Made by a program: the position numbers and the translations under genes. 37,008 nucleotides of DNA from a candidate division WOR-3 bacterium (GTDB lineage: Bacteria > Hydrothermota > UBA3072 > B12-G15): assembly GCA_965649055.1 (NCBI GenBank), contig CBFGJG010000018.1, positions 1 to 37,008 of the forward strand, read 5' to 3'. Shown here piece after piece: positions 29,706 through 37,008 of this stretch (the first letter of the stretch is position 1; each line of letters starts with the position of its first letter). The notes under the pieces are model-generated. The model saw only the letters and a program-made list of their open reading frames with translations. It did no database searches and was not told where the DNA came from.

Positions 29706-30694
29706 TCTAATTTAACCTCGCATTTCTTCTCAAAAGATTCATAACAGGCTGATATTATCCTCAGTATATAATTTGCGTCATCAATATTATATAACAATTT
29801 GGTTCTTCCCTTATAAACATCTACAAAATGTTTCAGCATTGCATGGTAAGAATCGTAGTAAGGAACCCTTTGTATATCTGTGGGTGTTATATCTATAAGT
29901 TCATTCTGGTATAATTTTTCTATCTTAAAAGGATTCATTATTGCGGTTCCCTTTTCACAATATACATTAAAATAAGTGAAATCCCTGTCAAAAAGTATTG
30001 TCCAGCTAACCTCAAAAACTCCAAATGTTCCATCCTTAAACCTGAGAAAAACAATCCCGGAATCTTCAACCTCTTCTTTTCTGTGAAGAAGTGCATAAAC
30101 TGTCAGGACCTCCTTACCGAGTGCCCATATATAATAATCAAGGACATTCAAACCAAGAATCATAATAACACCACCACCTGCTTCTATCTTGCTATCTTTC
30201 CAAGATTTTTCTCTTGTTTTCAAACTTTTTAACCATCCTGCCTTTGAGTATACTATTGGTCCGAGTTCTCCAGATGTTATTATACTATGGATATATTTAG
30301 TATCCTTTCTAAATCTTCCACTCAATGCGGGCATCACAATTTTATTCTTCTCTTCCATCTTTTTCTTCAATTCTTTATATTCACTCTGCGTAAAACATAA
30401 AGGCATTTCAGATATTACATTCTTACCATATTCAAGACTCGCCATAATCATAGGGAAATGAAGATAATTAGGTGTATTTATTACAATAACATCCGCATCA
30501 GAACTCTTCAAGAGTTGTTCATAATCTTCAAAGATATTCTTTACATTATATTTTTGAGCAACCCCCTTACATTTCAAAATATCTTCATCACAGATTGACA
30601 CAATTGAAAAATCTTCCATTGATGATAAAACTGGTAAGTAAGCAAGCTGTGATATTGCACCCAATCCAACAATTCCAATCTTTATCTTTTCCAT
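29702..30694 (-). CDS. Gfo/Idh/MocA family oxidoreductase-like protein
   Basis: GIVGLGAI, TPNYLH, RF, GELG, GGG, EVED; EKP motif altered to EMP. Confidence 0.85.
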   Translation of the reverse strand: MEKIKIGIVGLGAISQLAYLPVLSSMEDFSIVSICDEDILKCKGVAQKYNVKNIFEDYEQLLKSSDADVIVINTPNYLHFPMIMASLEYGKNVISEMPLCFTQSEYKELKKKMEEKNKIVMPALSGRFRKDTKYIHSIITSGELGPIVYSKAGWLKSLKTREKSWKDSKIEAGGGVIMILGLNVLDYYIWALGKEVLTVYALLHRKEEVEDSGIVFLRFKDGTFGVFEVSWTILFDRDFTYFNVYCEKGTAIMNPFKIEKLYQNELIDITPTDIQRVPYYDSYHAMLKHFVDVYKGRTKLLYNIDDANYILRIISACYESFEKKCEVKLD

Positions 30695-30695
30695 A

Positions 30696-31310
30696 CTATT
30701 CCTCCTTAATGATTACTTTTCTACCTTCTATCTTTAATCTATTTTTTGCAAAAAGATTTATTGCTTCAATATAAATCCTGTGTTCCTGTTTCAATATCCT
30801 TTCACTTAAAGATTCAACTGTATCATCTTGAAAGACAGGAACTACTGCTTGCTGAATTATTGGCCCCCCATCAACACTTTCATCTACAAAATGAACAGTG
30901 CATCCTGAAAATCTAACTCCATATTCAATTGCCTTTTGCTGAACATTAAGACCAGGAAACGCGGGAAGCAAAGAAGGATGAATATTCATTATTCTGCCAG
31001 AAAACTCATTAATAAATCTACTTTTGAGAATCCTCATAAATCCAGCAAGACAGACAAGGTCTGTTTTTTTCTCCCTTAAAAGATTAATATAATTTTCTTC
31101 AGCATCACCAAAAAGTGATTTTTTTTCTGTCAAAGGGTCAAGATATACAGCTTCAACTCCATATTTTCTTGCCTTATCTAATGCCTGTGCATCTTTATTA
31201 TCAGATATGACAATCACAACCTTACCATCTATCCTTCCATCCAGTGTCGCTTTTATAATCTCTTCCATATTTGTTCCTCTTCCAGAGACAAGAATTCCTA
31301 TATTAATCAA
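30696..31310 (-). CDS. purN: Phosphoribosylglycinamide formyltransferase
   Basis: SGRGTN, LAGFMRIL, NIHPSLLP.F.G, GCTVHFV...DGGPII.Q, EH. Confidence 0.97.
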   Translation of the reverse strand: MINIGILVSGRGTNMEEIIKATLDGRIDGKVVIVISDNKDAQALDKARKYGVEAVYLDPLTEKKSLFGDAEENYINLLREKKTDLVCLAGFMRILKSRFINEFSGRIMNIHPSLLPAFPGLNVQQKAIEYGVRFSGCTVHFVDESVDGGPIIQQAVVPVFQDDTVESLSERILKQEHRIYIEAINLFAKNRLKIEGRKVIIKEE

Positions 31311-32020
31311 TATGCCTCCGAAGTTATTTTAAAATAAAGTTCCTCAACATTATTGTAACCTTCATCTTTAATATTCTTAACATCAAAGAGCCCTATAATT
31401 TTACCATTATTAATGAGACATATCCTGTCTGATAATTCTTCAGCAAGATGAAGGGAATGGGTAGAAAGAACAATTGTAGCTCCATTCCTTGCTTTCTCAA
31501 TCATAATATCATTCACAATCTTTGATCCCTTCGGGTCAAGTCCAACATGTGGTTCATCTATAATAAGAACTTGAGGATTATGTATCAAAGCCTGGATAAA
31601 AACAACCCTCTGTTTCATTCCATGAGAATAAGAAGATGATGGCATATTTATCCATTCGTCTATTTCAAATAAAGAACATAGCTCTTGAAATCTTTTTTCA
31701 ATCTCTTTTTTCTCCATTTTATATATCCTTCCAACAAAATAAACAAATTCCCTTCCTGAAAGTTCCGGATATATGAATGGTTCATCAGGAATATATCCAA
31801 GAATATTTCTAAAATCTTCTTTATTTTTTAAGTTATAATTATATATAATTTCACCACTATCGGGTATCAATAATCCAGCCATAAGTTTCATAGTGGTCGT
31901 TTTTCCTGCACCATTTGGTCCAAGAAATGTGAAAATTTCACCTTTTCTAATATTAAAAGTAATACTATTTACCGCTATTTTCTCTCCAAATCTTTTAACA
32001 ACATTTTTGAATTCAATCAT
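31307..32020 (-). CDS. ABC transporter ATP-binding protein (likely start MIEF at 32020)
   Basis: GPNGAGKTT, YSHGMKQR, IIDEP..GLDP, STH. Confidence 0.92.
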   Translation of the reverse strand: MIEFKNVVKRFGEKIAVNSITFNIRKGEIFTFLGPNGAGKTTTMKLMAGLLIPDSGEIIYNYNLKNKEDFRNILGYIPDEPFIYPELSGREFVYFVGRIYKMEKKEIEKRFQELCSLFEIDEWINMPSSSYSHGMKQRVVFIQALIHNPQVLIIDEPHVGLDPKGSKIVNDIMIEKARNGATIVLSTHSLHLAEELSDRICLINNGKIIGLFDVKNIKDEGYNNVEELYFKITSEAY

Positions 32021-33404
32021 ATTCAAGGATATCAATCTTTAATTTATTTATTACCTTATAAAGTTTTACCTGATTCTCAAAACCACCTTCTTCAAGTTTA
32101 ATATGCGCCGCATCTGCAATATTCTGACCAAAAGTAGGGTCAAGAGAGACCCATTTACCAAGCCAAACAGAAGCCCAAGCATGATAATAAAAAGCATTAT
32201 CAAAATAAACAATCCCGACTTCAACCTTTGCTGGTATCCCTATAGCCCTTGTTAAAGCAACAAATAATGCTGCGTGTTCATTGCAATCACCTTCAAGTGA
32301 TGAAAGGACTTCAACAGGGTCTGGAATAGTGAAACTTGGTTTCTTTTTAAGGTTCCTGAAAACCCATTCATTTATCGCCTTAACTTTTTCCCACTCACTT
32401 TTATAACCTTGTGTAATCTCATTTGCTTTTTTTATTATTTTTTCATCATTAGAAGGGATAAAATCTTCTGGAGATAAGAATTTTTTTATAGAATCAGGTA
32501 TCTCATTAAATTTTGAAGGTTCAGTCCTTACAATCTCAAGAACATCATTTACCAATCTCTGTCTTGAATCATTTATTTTTAAACCTGAAAGATCTACATC
32601 TTTTAATCTAACTTTTAGTCTTTTAATATCCCTTGGATTGTCAAGTCTTATGTTAGTCTTCACAGAATAACTATCATAAAGACCTTCCTGAATACCCGTA
32701 ATTTCCATTGCGCTCTTCCTCTCTTCTCTTACAAGTGTTAATCCAATCGGTGATTCTTCTTTTAAAAGTCTTCCTTCTTCATCAAGAATAAATGCAATTT
32801 CAATGCCGACCATACTTACTGAATATCTCTTTACCCTAATCCCATTATAATATTCATCACCTTTATATTCTATATTTATTTTCATCAGGGATTGTGTTGT
32901 TGGATCAAAATATTCAAATTCACCAGTCCTACCGGTAGAGACTATTGCTTCAAGCGTAGCAGGTATCTCATCAATCGTTAAATCTTTTTCTATTATATTC
33001 TTCTTTCCACCGGAAGTATATTCAATAAAAAGTTTCTTACCTTCTTTCTTCCCCTCTGCATAGAATCTGTATTTTTCTGAAATCATTTTGAAAGAAAAAC
33101 TTCTTAAATTCTGTAAAGAGTCTGTCTTTGCTATAATCTCATAACTTACATCCTTATTCATTCCTGATACCGGATTTATCCTCATATATGTAAAAGAACG
33201 AACAATATAACCATCTCTAATTGTATCAATATTACTAACATTGTATCCGACTTTATTGTTTTTTAGATAAATACCAAACCATTCTGAATCCTTCTTTTCT
33301 ATGTAATCAGGAAGAACATCATGTTCACCCGGAATTCTTATGATAAAAAAAATTGCAGCAAAAAGAACTAAAACAAGTATTGAAAGAATTATATATTTTT
33401 TCAC
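32013..33404 (-). CDS. Membrane-anchored transglutaminase-like (Cys-His-Asp) protein
   Basis: N-terminal TM helix, GDCNEHA, GIPA, YHAW, LDPT; GTG start with AGGAGG RBS. Confidence 0.88.
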   Translation of the reverse strand: MKKYIILSILVLVLFAAIFFIIRIPGEHDVLPDYIEKKDSEWFGIYLKNNKVGYNVSNIDTIRDGYIVRSFTYMRINPVSGMNKDVSYEIIAKTDSLQNLRSFSFKMISEKYRFYAEGKKEGKKLFIEYTSGGKKNIIEKDLTIDEIPATLEAIVSTGRTGEFEYFDPTTQSLMKINIEYKGDEYYNGIRVKRYSVSMVGIEIAFILDEEGRLLKEESPIGLTLVREERKSAMEITGIQEGLYDSYSVKTNIRLDNPRDIKRLKVRLKDVDLSGLKINDSRQRLVNDVLEIVRTEPSKFNEIPDSIKKFLSPEDFIPSNDEKIIKKANEITQGYKSEWEKVKAINEWVFRNLKKKPSFTIPDPVEVLSSLEGDCNEHAALFVALTRAIGIPAKVEVGIVYFDNAFYYHAWASVWLGKWVSLDPTFGQNIADAAHIKLEEGGFENQVKLYKVINKLKIDILEYD

Positions 33405-33422
33405 AATACCTCCTGCTAAAAA

Positions 33423-33511
33423 CGGAGAGGCAGGGATTCGAACCCTGGGACCCGGTCTCCCAGGTCAACCGATTAGCAATCGGTTGCCTTCAGCCTCTCG
33501 GCCACCTCTCC
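33423..33511 (-). tRNA. tRNA-Ser(GCT), CCA not encoded
   Basis: GGAGAGG/CCTCTCC acceptor stem, anticodon arm ACCGA-TTGCTAA-TCGGT, long variable arm, GGTTCGAATCC. Confidence 0.95.
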
Positions 33512-33517
33512 AAGAAA

Positions 33518-33604
33518 CGGAGGGTGAGGGACTCGAACCCCCAAGGGTGGCTATCACCCAGCGGATTTCAAATCCGCCGCCTTACCAGTTAGGTCTAACC
33601 CTCC
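33518..33604 (-). tRNA. tRNA-Ser(TGA), CCA not encoded
   Basis: GGAGGGT/ACCCTCC acceptor stem, anticodon arm GCGGA-TTTGAAA-TCCGC, long variable arm, GGTTCGAGTCC. Confidence 0.95.
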
Positions 33605-33644
33605 GGGTTTATATAATATTATAAATTTTAGGGGTTATGTCAAT

Positions 33645-33800
33645 AAAAAATTACATGCTCACTTAAAAATAAAACGATAAAATATGTTCTGTTCATTAAT
33701 CTTTAGTATCATAAGATAAAGTTTTAAAATCCGAAGTCTCTCCATTAAATATTTGAGAAACAATTCTTCCTTTAATATCAAAAATCTTTACTTTCCACAT
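33645..33800 (-). pseudogene. Remnant of a T9SS type A sorting/FlgD-Ig-like C-terminal domain
   Basis: KVKIFDIKGRIVSQIFNG...YDTKD, then a frameshift to L.N.TYFIVL; upstream DNA to about 34250 has no intact ORF. Confidence 0.5.
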
Positions 33801-34362
33801 CAGGTATTGCAAGAAAGTTTATCAAATTTGAACTCTGGTTTAATATTACTGATAAACCTGATATAGACATTAATTCCAGAGCCAATTTTTTATCCGTTAT
33901 CATAAATAATAACTATACGATTTACCATTATATTTCCATATCTGCACAAATTAGCATCAGGCGTTATTTCATAAAGAAAATCGCGAGTTGTTAATATTGA
34001 AAATTCTTGTCTGAATGATTGCCATAAAAAGGTCATGGGATTCAGGTCCCGGTCTTACAGGGTCTCAATATTCAAATGGAATATAAATCTCAAACATTTA
34101 TAACGTCTATCCATGATTTATTCCGTAAATAACAATCAAAGGAATTTATGTCCTAAAAGCCAAATAAACAAAAACGTTACCAAGAATTTATGAATAAATT
34201 CATAATTAGTATCCATACTCTGGTTAGCAACAAGGGAATTCCCATCTTTAAAAAATATATTAATATTTAAGAAGTAAATATCTAAATGTAAATTTTGTTA
34301 ATAATCCCCATTATATACTTGACAATTTACAAGTTTACCTTTATTTTATAAAAAAGGAGGTA

Positions 34363-34659
34363 ATGATGTCCGTAAAATTTAATGTTGAGTATCCTGAAAA
34401 ACTTTCAAGAGGTATTCTGCTACTTAAGACATTCCTGGGTTGGATCTATGTTGGTATACCCCATGGGATAATCCTTTTTTTCTATGGTATTGCAGTTGCA
34501 GTAGTTACATTCATAGCATGGTGGGTGATACTTTTCACTGGTAAATATCCTAAGGGAATGTTCACATTTGTTGAAAAATTCTATAGATGGCAATTGAGGG
34601 TAATGACCTACACAATGCTTATGTCAGACAAATACCCACCTTTCTCAGGAGAAGAATAG
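34363..34659 (+). CDS. DUF4389-like membrane protein
   Basis: YPEKLSR, IPH.I.L, W..ILFTGKYP, RW..RV..Y..L.SD.YPPF. Confidence 0.85.
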   Translation: MMSVKFNVEYPEKLSRGILLLKTFLGWIYVGIPHGIILFFYGIAVAVVTFIAWWVILFTGKYPKGMFTFVEKFYRWQLRVMTYTMLMSDKYPPFSGEE

Positions 34660-34775
34660 AAAGATAAGACTATTTTAGTAATAAGATTACATATAATTAA
34701 AAAGTAACTTAAATTTTTTTGCAATTATATTTTTTATTTTATTGACAATTCTTAAAATAAATTTAAATTCAAGAT

Positions 34776-35435
34776 ATGAAAGAAGAAATAAAAAAATACA
34801 TCTTTGATTTAGGTGTTGAAATTTTTGGTGTTGCAGATTTAAGTAAATATCAAGGTGATTTAATAAGTTCTCTTATTAAGAAAGGAATAAATAAAGGGAT
34901 TGTTATTGGTGTAAGATTATCAAAAGCAATCCTTGATGAGATAACTGACCATCCAACACCGGAATATTATCATCATTACAGACAGATAAATATTTTCTTA
35001 GACCAGATTGCAATAAAAATAACAAATTTTATACAGAAAAAAGGGTTTAAAGCATTTCCTGTTCCAGCTTCTCAGATTGTGGATTGGGAAAAACAAAAGG
35101 CTTCTGTATCTCATAAACATCTTGGGATCCTTGCCGGAATTGGATTTATTGGGAGAAACAACCTTCTTGTAAATCCAGAATTTGGTTCACAATTCAGGCT
35201 TGTATCAATTTTAACTGATTTACCTATAGAACCTGATAAACCTCTAAATATTGATTGTGGAGATTGTGTAAGATGCATTTCTTCCTGTCCTGCAAATGCA
35301 ATCTCAATTAAAAAGGAAGAATTTAATCATCTTGCATGTTTTGAAAAACTTAAAGAATTTGTGAAGAAAAAATATACAGGTCAATATATCTGTGGTATAT
35401 GCGTAAAGGCTTGTGATGGTTCAAACTTTAAATGA
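34776..35435 (+). CDS. QueG/reductive-dehalogenase-like 2x[4Fe-4S] protein
   Basis: SHKH...LAGIG.IGRNNL...FG...RL..ILTD, CGDCVRCISSCP, CGICVKAC; leaderless promoter TTGACA-16-TAAATT upstream. Confidence 0.8.
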   Translation: MKEEIKKYIFDLGVEIFGVADLSKYQGDLISSLIKKGINKGIVIGVRLSKAILDEITDHPTPEYYHHYRQINIFLDQIAIKITNFIQKKGFKAFPVPASQIVDWEKQKASVSHKHLGILAGIGFIGRNNLLVNPEFGSQFRLVSILTDLPIEPDKPLNIDCGDCVRCISSCPANAISIKKEEFNHLACFEKLKEFVKKKYTGQYICGICVKACDGSNFK

Positions 35436-36384
35436 ATCAATATCCTTTCAATGGCATATAACTGATTTCTGTAATCTTAGATGTAAACATTGTTATCAGG
35501 ATAATTTTACAGATGAAAATGATTTATCAATAGATAAGATAAATTTAATACTTGAAAACCTTTCAGTGCAGTTTAGAAAAATATCAATAAATATAACTGG
35601 TGGAGAACCATTTTTAAGAAAAGATTTTTACGAGATATTAAATATAATTGAAAAATCAGTAAATGTTTCTATTTTTAATATAATAACAAATGGAACTCTT
35701 TTAAATTATGCTAATATTGAGAAACTTAAATCCTTCAAAAAACTGAATGAATTAAAGATTTCAATTGATGGAATATTAAAAAACGATCTTATAAGGGGAA
35801 AAGGTATCTTAGAGATTGTTAAAAAAAATATCCTGAAGATATACGATTTAAAAAAAGTTATTATGTTCACAGCAGGTAGTTTCAACTATCTTGATATTGA
35901 AGATGTATTTGAATTTGCAAGGGAATATGCAAATGGTCTAATAATAGAAAGGTTTGTTCCTCTTGGTAATGGATTAAATCTTAAAAATTGTTATCTTAAG
36001 AAAAATGAATGGAAATACATAGTGGAATACATAAAAGATTGTTTTATGATAGATGATATTAATGAACTTGCCAAATACAGGGCATTCTATATAGATTTTG
36101 ACAACAATGAATTCCTTGGTGCTCTGTGTAATCTCGGTGAATCTTTTGCAATTATGTCTGATGGAACAATCTATCCCTGCAGAAGGCTTCCGATCAATTT
36201 AGGTAATGCTTTAACTGAAACACAAATATTACAAAAAATAATTATGTTTAGAAATATGCTGGAAGAAAAATTAGAGATTAAATGCAAAGAATGTATTTAT
36301 TTTAATGAATGTATAGGCTGTCGTGCAGGTGTTTATGCTACAAAAAATGACTTATTTGCTTTTGATGAACAATGTATTATTTAA
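35413..36384 (+). CDS. Radical SAM/SPASM domain protein
   Basis: CNLRCKHCY, TGGEP, TNG, SIDG; SPASM C..DG.IYPC...CKEC....C.GCR..D.QC. Confidence 0.9.
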   Translation: MMVQTLNESISFQWHITDFCNLRCKHCYQDNFTDENDLSIDKINLILENLSVQFRKISINITGGEPFLRKDFYEILNIIEKSVNVSIFNIITNGTLLNYANIEKLKSFKKLNELKISIDGILKNDLIRGKGILEIVKKNILKIYDLKKVIMFTAGSFNYLDIEDVFEFAREYANGLIIERFVPLGNGLNLKNCYLKKNEWKYIVEYIKDCFMIDDINELAKYRAFYIDFDNNEFLGALCNLGESFAIMSDGTIYPCRRLPINLGNALTETQILQKIIMFRNMLEEKLEIKCKECIYFNECIGCRAGVYATKNDLFAFDEQCII

Positions 36385-36566
36385 TCCTTTGTCTCAAATA
36401 TCCTTCCTAATCTTATCTCTTCTAATCCTAATGATTTTTCTGGAATAAGTTTTAAAACACTATCAATGCCTATTTCCCTTAGAAAGACTAATACATCAGA
36501 AGAAAACAATTGAATAGGTAATGATAGATAGATAGATAGATAGAGAATAAATTTTAAGTTTTTCAT
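36381..36566 (-). CDS. Short, possibly truncated exported protein containing a (TATC)5 tract
   Basis: AGGAGG RBS, signal-peptide-like N-terminus, GATA x5 at 36523-36542. Confidence 0.45.
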   Translation of the reverse strand: MKNLKFILYLSIYLSLPIQLFSSDVLVFLREIGIDSVLKLIPEKSLGLEEIRLGRIFETKD

Positions 36567-36568
36567 AT

Positions 36569-36997
36569 TTACCTCCTGTTATAGGTTGAGTTTATCTGAT
36601 AACCAATGGTTCCACCAATATGAATTAGACCCAAACAAACATAAAAACTATTTAATAAATCATTATTTCTTGCAACTGGTGCTAATAATAACTCTACTCC
36701 AGCCATTCCTAATGAACCTAACAATGAAAGGAAAAAAGAACCTTTATGGTTTAACTTCCTCCCAACAAGAGTTATGCCACAAGATGTTCCAACAAAATAT
36801 GCAGGAACACCAATCCAGGTTGCAAGTGTCATCCTTGAAAGTAAATTTACATCTGAATATTCATAATCACTCGTAATCGCAAGGGCAAGCAATACACCAC
36901 ACAATCCACCTATTGCCCCACCTAACACTCCACCACCAAACTCTGCCAATGGAACATACCAAGGTGGGGCTTCTCCTCTATAAGGAAAACTTCTCAT
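36569..36997 (-). CDS. Hypothetical membrane protein with glycine-zipper helices (may start outside the window)
   Basis: GGVLGGAIGG and GSFFLSLLGSLG hydrophobic Gly-rich helices. Confidence 0.6.
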   Translation of the reverse strand: MRSFPYRGEAPPWYVPLAEFGGGVLGGAIGGLCGVLLALAITSDYEYSDVNLLSRMTLATWIGVPAYFVGTSCGITLVGRKLNHKGSFFLSLLGSLGMAGVELLLAPVARNNDLLNSFYVCLGLIHIGGTIGYQINSTYNRR

Positions 36998-37008
36998 AAG
37001 ATAGTTCT

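Noticed and set aside
5130..30461. Numerous 60-160 aa ORFs overlapping larger genes (e.g. 5130-5507, 9433-9816, 18223-18540, 28045-28521)
   Set aside because: They are antisense or alternate-frame shadows of well-supported genes, with no recognisable motifs.
33421..33540. att-site duplication or island integrated at the tRNA
   Set aside because: The similar AACGGAG.G.. ends belong to two complete tRNA-Ser genes, and no integrase is in the window.
33518..33604. Selenocysteine or suppressor tRNA
   Set aside because: The anticodon is TGA (reads UCA, Ser), not TCA, and the acceptor stem is a normal 7 bp.
33340..33624. Plus-strand ORFs 33340..33624 and 33353..33592
   Set aside because: They are antisense shadows of the two tRNA-Ser genes.
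34776..35435. Assigning the symbol queG
   Set aside because: The protein is short and shows only the generic cobalamin/Fe-S family motifs; its specific function cannot be determined from sequence.
35413..36566. RiPP cluster around the radical SAM/SPASM gene
   Set aside because: No co-oriented precursor peptide, RRE/PqqD domain or transporter; the neighbouring short ORF is convergent and signal-peptide-like.

Overview
Low-GC bacterial chromosomal window, probably a diderm lineage (Lnt, a lipoprotein and a T9SS-type C-terminal-domain remnant; an FCB-related candidate phylum such as WOR-3 is a guess). Most of it is housekeeping operons: rtcB-MBL-mutL-miaA-ispG-NCS2 permease; glyA with a class V aminotransferase; and a long minus-strand run from two tRNA-Ser genes through transglutaminase, ABC ATPase, purN, Gfo/Idh/MocA, an lnt fusion, tRNA nucleotidyltransferase, a UDP-sugar dehydrogenase and GHL10. 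Notable observations: (1) an HUH/Y1 (RAYT-like) transposase framed by perfect 23-bp GGGGTCAG terminal inverted repeats, plus a related transposase-less 333-bp element, an orphan end and two REP-like palindrome families in the first 1.6 kb; (2) a thioester alpha-2-macroglobulin with a GspG-pseudopilin-like domain inserted next to its bait region; (3) an in-frame fusion of Lnt to a WbpD-like hexapeptide acetyltransferase, next to a Gfo/Idh/MocA protein lacking its catalytic residues; (4) a loop-less, CC-adding-type tRNA nucleotidyltransferase; (5) recurrent leaderless promoters with 16-bp spacers. All calls come from manual motif reading; no database searches were run.
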